From the IMG/VR virus record IMGVR_UViG_3300033067_002072, positions 1-48,943 of that record: 48,943 nucleotides of DNA; one strand, 5' to 3'. How positions within the stretch are numbered: position 1 is the stretch's first letter; each line of letters opens with the position of its first letter. The stretch is from a virus. Lineage: Duplodnaviria > Caudoviricetes. The position numbers and the translations under genes are program-made. Shown piece by piece: positions 1-8,295 of this stretch. The notes under the pieces are model-generated. The model saw only the letters and a program-made list of their open reading frames with translations. It had not been told where the DNA came from and did no database searches.

Positions 1-846
1 TATGATTCGGTGCTACCAGCAAATCTTATTGAGTCCTTGGGACTCGTTGGTAGACTATCTGGTAGTCAAAAGAATAGAGTTAAAGCAATAAGACTGCGTC
101 AGCAGTTATCCATTGGCCTACTTGCCCCAGTACCAGACGGCTTCGCCGAAGGCGATTCGGTTGCCGAATTTCTTGGTGTTACTAAATATGAAGAGGTTTT
201 ACCGCCCATTTTTGGTGGACAAGCCCGATCAAAACCTCAGGGATGGTTAAAATATGATATTGAAAACTCTAACAATACTTTAGATGGTATTATAGATAAT
301 GATGAAGTTGTAATTTTGGAAAAAATTCATGGTTGCAATGGGGCCGTTGGATTAGTAGATAATGAATTTATTGTTTCTTCTAGAAATCTTTGCCTTAAAG
401 ATGAAGGTGAAAATATCTATTGGAAAATTGCTAAAGAATATAAACTAGAAAAAATAGTAAGAGAGTTGGGCAATAATTATTGGTTACATTTTGAAATTTA
501 CGGTGGAAATATTCAAGATTTATCTTATGGATTGACAAAGCCTTCTTTGTCAATGTTTGATATCCGTAATGCGAACGGCTTCCTAAACTACGAAAATTTT
601 GTAGAAATTTGTAGAAAATATGGGCTGCCGACCGTATCATTATTATATAGAGGGCCTTTTTCAAAGTCCATCTTGACGGCCCATACATCCGGTTTTGAAA
701 TGGTTTCGGGACGAAACCTCCATATTAGAGAAGGTTGTGTGGTTAAACCAGTAATCGAAAGATTAACCCGTAGAGGGGAACGAGTCATTTATAAGTCAGT
801 TTCGCCCGATTATTTATTAAGAAAGAACGGGACAGAGTTTCATTAA
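1..846 (+). CDS. ATP-dependent RNA ligase (Rnl2-like/DRB0094 family), 5'-truncated by window edge
   Basis: Nucleotidyltransferase motifs EKIHGCN (I), FEIYG (III), REGCVVK (IV), IYKSVSPDYL (V); frame open to base 1. Confidence 0.85.
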   Translation, partial: YDSVLPANLIESLGLVGRLSGSQKNRVKAIRLRQQLSIGLLAPVPDGFAEGDSVAEFLGVTKYEEVLPPIFGGQARSKPQGWLKYDIENSNNTLDGIIDNDEVVILEKIHGCNGAVGLVDNEFIVSSRNLCLKDEGENIYWKIAKEYKLEKIVRELGNNYWLHFEIYGGNIQDLSYGLTKPSLSMFDIRNANGFLNYENFVEICRKYGLPTVSLLYRGPFSKSILTAHTSGFEMVSGRNLHIREGCVVKPVIERLTRRGERVIYKSVSPDYLLRKNGTEFH

Positions 847-872
847 ATTAGGGCAAAGCCCAAGGAGTTTTT

Positions 873-1448
873 ATGGTTAATGTTGCAAGTTTGGTTCAGC
901 GTGTTGTTAGTGGGTGTCGCACTAACGGAATATTTTCAACCTCAAATCGTAATGAGATCAATGCTATTAATGATCTCTTTACCGTTGGGGACAGTCGTCT
1001 AAGCAATATTTCGCTTACGCGAAGTTTTGGCGGATCTTTGGAAGCCCGCCCATCTCGTCAAGTTGCTTGCTGCTCAACTTTGCAGGCTCGTCCTAACCCT
1101 GTAACTCTTTCTACGGCTTCACCATCTAATATGGCAGATCGCGTTGCTCGGTATTGTGGAGAAAAGGGTCTTACGGTTCCTCAGAATCTTTTAAATGAAA
1201 TTGGTGCGGGCGATGTAGTTTACGTTCGCCCCCTCTCTTCTTCTTCATTCCTTGTTATGCGGACTCGTGGAACGAACAGTGATACGGTTATGGTTCGTCG
1301 TGGTGCGAACGGGTCAGTGACTATTAATCGAACCACTCTTGCGGCGGTTATGGATAATATGGTCGCTCAAGATCTTGTTGGTGAGGAGTTTAGTTTCCGT
1401 CAGCATGGATCAACTCGTAACTGCATCTTGGTTGAATCCCTTTCTTAA
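873..1448 (+). CDS. hypothetical protein, possibly AbrB/MraZ-like swapped-hairpin DNA-binding C-terminal half
   Basis: Strong SD (AAGGAG); GLTVPQNLLNEIGAGDVVYV and GSVTINRTTL resemble AbrB repeats. Confidence 0.6.
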   Translation: MVNVASLVQRVVSGCRTNGIFSTSNRNEINAINDLFTVGDSRLSNISLTRSFGGSLEARPSRQVACCSTLQARPNPVTLSTASPSNMADRVARYCGEKGLTVPQNLLNEIGAGDVVYVRPLSSSSFLVMRTRGTNSDTVMVRRGANGSVTINRTTLAAVMDNMVAQDLVGEEFSFRQHGSTRNCILVESLS

Positions 1449-1469
1449 TGGACATAGTCCGTGTATATG

Positions 1470-1498
1470 TTAGCGTCGAAGGACGCTAATATGTTTTT
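1470..1498 (+). terminator. hairpin TTAGCGTC-GAAG-GACGCTAA followed by T-rich tract (possible terminator)
   Basis: Perfect 8-bp stem at 1470-1489 in the intergenic gap. Confidence 0.45.
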
Positions 1499-1736
1499 AC
1501 AATTTAAACCTAAAGATTGCTGCGGAACCACTAGATATATTGGATGTTGCCCAAAATGTCATCACGATTTCTTACTAGATTATAAAATATTTATGGAAAA
1601 TCCAGAATATTTATTTTGCAGCACATGTTCTGACAAATGGATTATTAGTTCTACTAAATTTAATAAATATGGACTTCGTATAGGAATAATATATGGACCA
1701 ACAGGATATCGAGGAAATAAAACAGAAGGCGGATAA
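1491..1736 (+). CDS. small Cys-rich hypothetical protein (CxxC pairs)
   Basis: CPKC and CSTC motifs; start uncertain (1461/1467/1491). Confidence 0.55.
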   Translation: MFLQFKPKDCCGTTRYIGCCPKCHHDFLLDYKIFMENPEYLFCSTCSDKWIISSTKFNKYGLRIGIIYGPTGYRGNKTEGG

Positions 1737-1977
1737 ATACACGGGTGAGTACTTGGCAAGGGCCAAGGTAATTGCTAAAGAAAATAAGTTGTGGCCCACC
1801 GCAACTCTTTTAATTGGTCTTATCGACAAACTTGTTTATTTTGAAAACGTGCTACTTATAGCACGACAAAAGGTAGAAGAAGTAAAACTGCGTCAGCAGG
1901 AAGATATTGAAGATAGCGGTTTGAATTTACAAATAAAAGAAGAGGAAGATGATGCAAGCAATACAGGTGAAGTTTAA
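1693..1977 (+). CDS. hypothetical protein, acidic C-terminus
   Basis: SD AGGAA upstream; overlaps neighbours. Confidence 0.65.
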   Translation: MDQQDIEEIKQKADKYTGEYLARAKVIAKENKLWPTATLLIGLIDKLVYFENVLLIARQKVEEVKLRQQEDIEDSGLNLQIKEEEDDASNTGEV

Positions 1978-2434
1978 GAGGTTGGTGCCAGAGGCACAGA
2001 TACCTAAAAAGGCGAATCCAAGTGATTCAGGATTTGATTTGACTGCCGTCAGCGAACCAATAATTTCTGAAGATGGTTATGTGGAATATGATACTGGAAT
2101 TGCTGTAGCCCCACCAGAAGGATATTATTGTGAATTATTTGCTCGATCCAGTATCAGTAAATACGATTTAACTCTATGTAATGGTGTGGGGATTATAGAT
2201 TTTGCATATCGAAACTCTATTAAAGTTCGTTTTAAAATGCCCAACCGTTTTAGTTATCAATCCTATGATCCTAATGAACCCTCGGTAGGATTTTGTCCGA
2301 AGGCTAAAATTTATAAGAAGGGTGATCGCATCGCTCAAATCATATTTAAGAGACTGGAACCAGTGGTTCTAGTCGAAGTTCAAGAATTAGACCAAACCGA
2401 TAGAGGTATGAAGGGATTTGGTTCGTCTAACTAA
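1949..2434 (+). CDS. dut: trimeric dUTPase
   Basis: SGFDL, ARSS, GIIDFAYR, GDRIAQ, RGMKGFGSS motifs. Confidence 0.95.
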   Translation: MMQAIQVKFKRLVPEAQIPKKANPSDSGFDLTAVSEPIISEDGYVEYDTGIAVAPPEGYYCELFARSSISKYDLTLCNGVGIIDFAYRNSIKVRFKMPNRFSYQSYDPNEPSVGFCPKAKIYKKGDRIAQIIFKRLEPVVLVEVQELDQTDRGMKGFGSSN

Positions 2435-2446
2435 TTTACAAATTTG

Positions 2447-2455
2447 GTGTATATA
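2447..2455 (+). promoter_or_regulatory. GTGTATA phage promoter-like motif
   Basis: Intergenic; starts 14 nt before the SD-less ATG at 2461; recurs at 11735, 39726, 46537/46546. Confidence 0.6.
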
Positions 2456-2460
2456 CAATT

Positions 2461-3357
2461 ATGACAATTGTAAAAAACCAATGTTTGTTTTGTAAAAATG
2501 ATATTTTATCCAAAAGAAATAAAAACTACTGTAGTAAAAAATGTTTTTTTTCTTTACGAGAACAAAAAGCCAATCGACATATATGTCCAGTTTGTAAAAC
2601 AAGTTTTAGAGTGAAATCTTGTCTTGTAAAAAAACAAAAATTTTTTAAAACTTGTTCTAAAAAATGTGGTTTGATTAAATTTTCTGAAACTTTCTCAGGT
2701 AGAAATAATCCTAGTTGCATCTATAAAAATCTTAACGATTGTTTTTTATCCGAAATAGATACTGAAGAAAAAGCTTATATTTTAGGATGGATTGCTAGCG
2801 ATGGCAGTGTTACCCCCGGAGCAATTGTTATTGAAATACATCCTCAAGATATAGATGTTTTAGTTAAAATCAAAAACATAATTTGTTCTTCCTTAGAAAT
2901 TAAAACAAGATTTCGAAAATCAACGGGTCAAACTATGGTTTATTTAATTTTAAGTTCGACTCAAATATCAAAAGACGTTTGTAAACATTTAAAAATTAAA
3001 CCAAAAGATAAATGCCGAAAAATGCGTTTTCCAGTTTTGGAAACTGATAAATTAAATTATGCCTTTTTACGCGGTTATTTTGATGGAGATGGTTTTGTTC
3101 GTCAAATAAGAAACCATTCATTAGAATGTGGTATATCTAGTATATGTATGCCTATGAAAAAAAGAATACAAGAAATTGTTAATTTGCCATCATGTTTAAA
3201 CAGTAAGCAAATCACTTGGTCTACAAATAATGCGTTAGAACTATTGCATAGAATTTACGATAACTCTTCTATATATCTTAACAGAAAATATAATATTTAT
3301 CAAGAATGGATAGATTTTCATCAAAAAAACAAACATTTAAGTCCAAAGTCTGTTTAG
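2461..3357 (+). CDS. free-standing LAGLIDADG homing endonuclease with N-terminal CxxC/CSxxC zinc repeats
   Basis: AYILGWIASDG and FLRGYFDGDG motifs; YLNRKY tail; very AT-rich. Confidence 0.88.
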   Translation: MTIVKNQCLFCKNDILSKRNKNYCSKKCFFSLREQKANRHICPVCKTSFRVKSCLVKKQKFFKTCSKKCGLIKFSETFSGRNNPSCIYKNLNDCFLSEIDTEEKAYILGWIASDGSVTPGAIVIEIHPQDIDVLVKIKNIICSSLEIKTRFRKSTGQTMVYLILSSTQISKDVCKHLKIKPKDKCRKMRFPVLETDKLNYAFLRGYFDGDGFVRQIRNHSLECGISSICMPMKKRIQEIVNLPSCLNSKQITWSTNNALELLHRIYDNSSIYLNRKYNIYQEWIDFHQKNKHLSPKSV

Positions 3358-3426
3358 TATAGCTATAAAATGAGAGTGTAAATATTACGATAGTATGGCT
3401 AATACAATGTTGAAAAAGAGGGCTGA

Positions 3427-3789
3427 ATGACCACAGAAGAACTACAAGACTGGCACGCGAGGCATGATGGGTGGATGTTTGGGAAGACCCGAACATGCAC
3501 GTTCGATCACTGGCACAACGCGGACGGCGAGCCGCATTTAGACGCGGAGAGCGAATACGTGCATCCCTACCCACCCACCCTCGACGGTGCCGCGAGTGCG
3601 ATGCCGGAGGGGTGGCAATGGACGCGAACGTGGCGTAATACGGCGGCATTTTCGTCCAAATCTGTGCTTGTGTGGTCTGCATGGACAACTGGGAAATCGT
3701 GCGAAGTTTTTGACACCAAAGACGAAATCCACGACCGCTACCTGCTGGCGAAACTTGCGAAGGAGGCGATGAATGCCAACCCACGCTGA
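3427..3789 (+). CDS. hypothetical protein (GC-rich island)
   Basis: SD GAGGG; Trp-rich ORF coupled to next gene. Confidence 0.7.
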   Translation: MTTEELQDWHARHDGWMFGKTRTCTFDHWHNADGEPHLDAESEYVHPYPPTLDGAASAMPEGWQWTRTWRNTAAFSSKSVLVWSAWTTGKSCEVFDTKDEIHDRYLLAKLAKEAMNANPR

Positions 3790-4114
3790 AATATATCGAC
3801 GGGTGTGCTTGGCGAGGCCGGAGTGTGCGGTAGTTCGTGGTCCGCACAAACTCACGTCGCATACCAAAATCGGGTGGTTCGCATGGCTAGGAACCGACGC
3901 AAGCACTGACAAATCGTGTGACTCAGAGGACGCCCTCGCCCTCATCACCGACTTCTGGACAGAGATGCTGCCAGAGGGATTCTGCCTCGCCCGAAACAAT
4001 AAGAAATGGATTGTTGGAAAGGATATGGATGATACTTTTGACGCTTCTGGTTTAACCCGCTTCCACGCCCTCGCGGAGTTTCTGGTGCCCGGCAGCACGA
4101 AGGAGAAGGCATGA
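3773..4114 (+). CDS. hypothetical protein (GC-rich island)
   Basis: SD GGAGG; ATGA overlap with next gene. Confidence 0.7.
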   Translation: MPTHAEIYRRVCLARPECAVVRGPHKLTSHTKIGWFAWLGTDASTDKSCDSEDALALITDFWTEMLPEGFCLARNNKKWIVGKDMDDTFDASGLTRFHALAEFLVPGSTKEKA

Positions 4115-4404
4115 CCGATCAACAAGTAGATACAATCCTACAAAAAATGATAGACTTGCTTTGGGCGGGTCATAATAATATCGTCGTTCCGAAAGAAAAC
4201 GAAGTGTTACTTCGCAACATGATTAAATCTATCTATCAAATCGGTCGGTTGGATCAGGGCAAGATTGACTTTGCCAATGATCAACTTACGCTTCGCGTAG
4301 TTGACGATAAAGGTAGAGTTGCACTGGTGCCACCTAAGTACCACTTTATGGATGATTCTGGAAGAATCAGAGATATTAAGGAAATATTCCCGAGAGGAAC
4401 CTGA
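4111..4404 (+). CDS. hypothetical protein
   Basis: SD AAGGAG, ATGA coupling. Confidence 0.7.
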   Translation: MTDQQVDTILQKMIDLLWAGHNNIVVPKENEVLLRNMIKSIYQIGRLDQGKIDFANDQLTLRVVDDKGRVALVPPKYHFMDDSGRIRDIKEIFPRGT

Positions 4405-4430
4405 GGTTCCTCGATATGCGGACCTAACAA

Positions 4431-4562
4431 ATGATTCAAGATGACCCTTCAAATATGTCTTTTTGGGACGAATTACGAGGGAAACTTATAGATTCTCTAA
4501 AAACCTTAAATGATGAGCAGCGGTTAGACTTCCTACGAAGCCTAACTTTTTGTAAAGAATGA
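4431..4562 (+). CDS. small hypothetical protein (43 aa, MIQDDPSNMSFWDELRGK...)
   Basis: Read manually; fills the gap on the coding strand; not in ORF track. Confidence 0.45.
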   Translation: MIQDDPSNMSFWDELRGKLIDSLKTLNDEQRLDFLRSLTFCKE

Positions 4563-4569
4563 GGTCGTT

Positions 4570-4896
4570 ATGATCCCAAAAGAGTCTGCCAGTGTTGGAA
4601 TGATAAATAAACATGTTAATAATATAGAAGATCAACAAGTTTATCCAGTTTTTCGATCTGGAGTAAAACCCGGTTCGGCCATTACTTATTCTCATGGAAA
4701 CCTGCGATTTTCTCGTGAAGATAAAGGATGGGTTTTTGTATTAACTAAAAACTCTGTATGTACTGGTATTAATCCAATCGATTTTAACTTTGAGATTGGT
4801 GTGTGGTCTAAAATTTTAGAGTACCATCTCTTTTTTAAAAAAATACAAGAAGAACCAGATCCCATCTGGTATCTTTGGCTTTCGATGATTGAATAG
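4570..4896 (+). CDS. hypothetical protein
   Basis: SD GAGG upstream. Confidence 0.6.
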   Translation: MIPKESASVGMINKHVNNIEDQQVYPVFRSGVKPGSAITYSHGNLRFSREDKGWVFVLTKNSVCTGINPIDFNFEIGVWSKILEYHLFFKKIQEEPDPIWYLWLSMIE

Positions 4897-4923
4897 GAAT
4901 AGTAATAAAGAAAGGACGTAGTC

Positions 4924-5097
4924 TTGAAGGCTGGACAAACAATTATTCTAAAATGTGGGTGCAAGCACCCATTTCAAGATGCGAGATATGGCATCTCGCA
5001 GAGAGTTCATAATGTGGGCGGTTCTAAAGGGACACCCAATAAGGTATCCTGTACGGTTTGTGGTAAGACGGATTCTCACAGTTTTGTGGGAAAATAA
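4924..5097 (+). CDS. small zinc-finger-like protein (57 aa, TTG start; CGCKH...CTVCG)
   Basis: Read manually; SD AAAGGA upstream; CxCxH and CxxC; not in ORF track. Confidence 0.65.
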   Translation: MKAGQTIILKCGCKHPFQDARYGISQRVHNVGGSKGTPNKVSCTVCGKTDSHSFVGK

Positions 5098-5108
5098 GGG
5101 CTTCGCCC

Positions 5109-5585
5109 ATGAAGATTCTTTCACAATCCATCTTAAATCATACCAAAGGTATTATAGCCCACGGTGTCAACTGTTGTGGAGTTATGGGCAAGGGCGTGGC
5201 TCTCGCCATACGCGAGGCATATCCTATAGTTAGCAAGCAATACTTCGCTAAATTTGCTAGAAAGATCCAGCCAGAATTATTAGGTGCGGTACAGTTAGTT
5301 CAAATTAATGAGCAACTGGACGTTGCGAATTTATTTATACAGGTTTATTATGGTAAGACCTTACGTTGTTATAATGACAGCCCTCAACAATTGAATTATG
5401 GGGCGTTAGATAAGTGTTTAGATAGAGTTTTTGATTTAGCCCAATCGATGAATCGCCCACTTGGTCTACCTTGGATTGGAACGAATTTGGCTGGTGGCGA
5501 CAAGGGGATAGTCAGGGCTTTTTTGGAATTTTATGAGAAAAAATATGGAATTGAGTGTACAATTTATGACCCGGAGGATCTATGA
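5109..5585 (+). CDS. macrodomain (ADP-ribose-binding/hydrolase) protein
   Basis: IAHGVNCCGVMGKGVALAIR and LPWIGTNLAGGD macrodomain motifs. Confidence 0.9.
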   Translation: MKILSQSILNHTKGIIAHGVNCCGVMGKGVALAIREAYPIVSKQYFAKFARKIQPELLGAVQLVQINEQLDVANLFIQVYYGKTLRCYNDSPQQLNYGALDKCLDRVFDLAQSMNRPLGLPWIGTNLAGGDKGIVRAFLEFYEKKYGIECTIYDPEDL

Positions 5586-5800
5586 AATCTGCTGGTGAAT
5601 TAATTAGAAATTGGTGGGTAGATAAGGGTTGTGTACAGCATTCCGATAGGCTCAAAGCCTATGCCGATAGACTCTTTGAGTCCAGAATGAAGAAGGCAAT
5701 CGCCCGAAATAATATCCGATGGGAGAATGTGCTTCGCCGTTATGTCGGTGAACGTATGCTCGACAATATTTTAATAGATTTTGATGAAGAGAAAGAATAA
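5582..5800 (+). CDS. hypothetical protein
   Basis: SD GGAGG; ATGA overlap. Confidence 0.65.
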   Translation: MKSAGELIRNWWVDKGCVQHSDRLKAYADRLFESRMKKAIARNNIRWENVLRRYVGERMLDNILIDFDEEKE

Positions 5801-5802
5801 GA

Positions 5803-6036
5803 ATGTCGAAAAACAAAATAAGTTTACCCGAACTTGCCCTCGCCCATAGATACTTGTATTACTGTTTACAGAAACCCGTTATTTCTGATCGAGAATATGA
5901 TCAACTAGAAAAAGATGCTCTTGCCCAAGTAGATTTACATCATCCTCTTAATTTACCCGGCTCAGAAATGGAATCTTCATATTCCGAAGAAATCAAAAAG
6001 ATTGCTAAAAAACTTTTGAAAGATAACAATGAATAA
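5803..6036 (+). CDS. stand-alone NAD-dependent DNA ligase N-terminal (subdomain Ia-like) protein
   Basis: HRYLYYCLQKPVISDREYDQLEK matches LigA Ia pattern YY...P.ISD.EYD.L. Confidence 0.75.
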   Translation: MSKNKISLPELALAHRYLYYCLQKPVISDREYDQLEKDALAQVDLHHPLNLPGSEMESSYSEEIKKIAKKLLKDNNE

Positions 6037-6268
6037 CACTGAAATAAATCCTGTCACTCAACCCAAGCGACTGACGGCGGAGGAGGAGGCGAGGGAGATC
6101 GTGAACGACAACTTCCGCACGTATCCGAATACCAAAACGATGCTTGACGCCATCGCCGCCGCACTACGCAAGCGGGACGAACGTATGGAGAAGACAGAAA
6201 AACATCGTGACGAAATCGTTGATTTCTGCAAAAAGATGTTATCATATTATGAAACGCAGTTTAATTGA
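6029..6268 (+). CDS. hypothetical protein with GC-rich central segment
   Basis: ORF overlapping both neighbours. Confidence 0.6.
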   Translation: MNNTEINPVTQPKRLTAEEEAREIVNDNFRTYPNTKTMLDAIAAALRKRDERMEKTEKHRDEIVDFCKKMLSYYETQFN

Positions 6269-6473
6269 ACGGCTTTCTGCTATTGATACTACTCATGCTG
6301 ATGCGAAAGAAGCGGCTATTTTGCTACGTCAAATTAAGCACGATTTACAAATTGTTATTGAGGCATTAGAATTGCCCTTACCGCCCAACCCAACTTGGGA
6401 CTGGTTTCAAGATTTAAACGAAACACAAAAGAATTTAGCAAACCTTTTAAAAAGGAATTTTACGCATGATTGA
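6249..6473 (+). CDS. hypothetical protein
   Basis: Likely start MKRSLIERL at 6249 within ORF 6144-6473. Confidence 0.55.
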   Translation: MKRSLIERLSAIDTTHADAKEAAILLRQIKHDLQIVIEALELPLPPNPTWDWFQDLNETQKNLANLLKRNFTHD

Positions 6474-6545
6474 TATCGAAGTTATTGAAAAGACAAAGCA
6501 AAAATTTAATTCACCCCAAAATATTAACCCTTTTGATATTCAACT

Positions 6546-6743
6546 ATGATGAAGGAAAAACTGCAAATGACTTTAAGAAAAGTTTTTCAAAAACGAAAAG
6601 AGCTTTTAGAACAAATACGAAAATGCAATATTAAAATTAAAAAATTACAACAGATTTGCCCACACGTTTGGATTTATAATCCTGACCATTTTAGTAATAA
6701 TGATTCTTCTTATATTTGTGGGGTATGCCGATTGCAGAAATAA
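6546..6743 (+). CDS. small coiled-coil + CxH/CxxC protein
   Basis: LQQICPHVW...YICGVC typical small phage Zn-binding ORF. Confidence 0.6.
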   Translation: MMKEKLQMTLRKVFQKRKELLEQIRKCNIKIKKLQQICPHVWIYNPDHFSNNDSSYICGVCRLQK

Positions 6744-6767
6744 AATTTAGACAAGTAATAATTATTT

Positions 6768-7301
6768 ATGAATCTACGTAAATACAAATCTATAGGAATA
6801 GGTGATCGTAGTCATATCGAAAATAAAATACGCCCATCTTGGAATTCCTATTTTATGGGAATTTGTGACAAGGTGGCCGAACGCAGTTTAGACGTTAATA
6901 CTAACTTTGGTTGTCTCTTTGTAAGAGATAATAGAATTATTGTTTCTTCCTACAACTCATTTCCTCCTAATTGTCCCGATAATATAATTCCTAATTCTAG
7001 AGGTATAGATGGATCTAATATAAAACTTCGTTTTATTAACCATGCTGAAATGGCTGGTATTTTATTTGCAGCAAGCGAAGGGATTTCTCTAAAAGGATGT
7101 ACTCTCTTTTGCCAAGGGCACCCTTGCTCAAATTGCAGCAGGGCATTAGTAACCTGTGGTGTAACTCACTGGATAATTGGTAATAAACCATACAAAGCAG
7201 ACGAACAAGAGAAGTTGCTACGCAACTTTTGGGTAGAAGTGGGAAAAGTAAAGATTGAATATATTGATTTGGAGAATCAAAATGAGAAAAGCAAAAAATA
7301 A
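6768..7301 (+). CDS. dCMP deaminase family protein
   Basis: WNSYFM..., HAE and PCSNC zinc motifs. Confidence 0.9.
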   Translation: MNLRKYKSIGIGDRSHIENKIRPSWNSYFMGICDKVAERSLDVNTNFGCLFVRDNRIIVSSYNSFPPNCPDNIIPNSRGIDGSNIKLRFINHAEMAGILFAASEGISLKGCTLFCQGHPCSNCSRALVTCGVTHWIIGNKPYKADEQEKLLRNFWVEVGKVKIEYIDLENQNEKSKK

Positions 7302-7512
7302 GGTTAAAACGCACAGCGTGCTAGTCTATGAAATGACTCCCAAATTAGCAAACGCCTTAAGTCAATTATTAGAGTGTAAAAGACGAGCAATCAAAAATGC
7401 TGGAAATTATTTATTATTTCAAGAGTCGTATGAAGAATTTGTTCGATCGGCAGATGAAGTGTGCTTTGTACTAGAAGCAATGAAAATAAAAAACAAAAAA
7501 GATGAAAAATAA
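7282..7512 (+). CDS. hypothetical protein
   Basis: SD GGAG before ATG 7282. Confidence 0.6.
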   Translation: MRKAKNKVKTHSVLVYEMTPKLANALSQLLECKRRAIKNAGNYLLFQESYEEFVRSADEVCFVLEAMKIKNKKDEK

Positions 7513-7819
7513 ATATAAATTCATACTGGTCGCCCTCGCCCTATTATTTTTAGGTTTAATTACCTTAGGTATTCGAAGTCGCTATTTAGATAGTAGTGTA
7601 ACTTCTGGGATAATAACACATAAATATCATAGAAATGAGCATTATTATATCCATTATATTCGCGTAGGAAAGGGTTTTGTTCCCCAAATTCATCATGTAC
7701 CAGAGGATTATGGAATAGTGGTGACGGGAAAAGATTATAGCGGAAATGATCGTGCTATATCAATTTCCTCTTATGATATGTATTTACATACTAATATTGG
7801 AGATAGTTGGCACAAATGA
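7502..7819 (+). CDS. membrane-anchored hypothetical protein
   Basis: N-terminal hydrophobic helix FILVALALLFLGLITLGI. Confidence 0.7.
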   Translation: MKNKYKFILVALALLFLGLITLGIRSRYLDSSVTSGIITHKYHRNEHYYIHYIRVGKGFVPQIHHVPEDYGIVVTGKDYSGNDRAISISSYDMYLHTNIGDSWHK

Positions 7820-7844
7820 GGTTCTTAAGGAACCGGAGGTTCTA

Positions 7845-8090
7845 ATGATCGACTGGATTTATAAAAAACTAAATAAATGTCGCCACGTTTGGCAATATTT
7901 TAAACACGATGGTTTTTTGATTAGTAGTACTGAAATTCAACTATGTAAAAAATGTAATGAATTAAGGGCTTATCGCTCTTATGGTTCTTTAGATTTAGAC
8001 TGTATGAGAATCTACGATGAAAAAGAATTAGAAGAACTCAGAAAGGCTTTGCCGAATGAACCAAGAAGAATTTGCAAAGAAATGGCATAA
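7845..8090 (+). CDS. hypothetical protein (CxH...CxxC)
   Basis: SD GGAGG at 7835 before ATG 7845. Confidence 0.65.
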   Translation: MIDWIYKKLNKCRHVWQYFKHDGFLISSTEIQLCKKCNELRAYRSYGSLDLDCMRIYDEKELEELRKALPNEPRRICKEMA

Positions 8091-8295
8091 AAAGATTGTA
8101 GTGCCTATAGGCAAGTACGAAATTCCTATTAAGGAATATTATGTAACTGCTGCTCTTTATAAATATGATCCAGATGATATCACTGTTTTTGCAATATTAG
8201 GTATGGATAATTCCGATTGGTTGACGTTCAAACTTACTCCCGAAGAGGTAGAAAATTTAGATAAAGAATTTAAAGTGAAGGAGATCACCCCATGA
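8056..8295 (+). CDS. hypothetical protein
   Basis: Overlap-coupled ORF. Confidence 0.6.
   Translation: MNQEEFAKKWHKKIVVPIGKYEIPIKEYYVTAALYKYDPDDITVFAILGMDNSDWLTFKLTPEEVENLDKEFKVKEITP

Noticed and set aside
2461-3357. LAGLIDADG genes as group I intron or intein cargo (also 39740-40573)
   Set aside because: Flanking genes are complete, intergenic space is too small for a ribozyme core, and there are no splicing motifs.
3278-4125. Long minus-strand ORFs (194 and 195 aa)
   Set aside because: Antisense shadows caused by locally high GC; the + strand ORFs have SDs and coupling.
851-5108. Tiny GGGC-NNN-GCCC hairpins at 851-861 and 5098-5108 between genes
   Set aside because: Only 4-bp stems and two copies; too weak to call.
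4955-5233. Track ORF of 92 aa
   Set aside because: Shadow frame; the 4924-5097 zinc-finger ORF and the macrodomain gene explain the region better.
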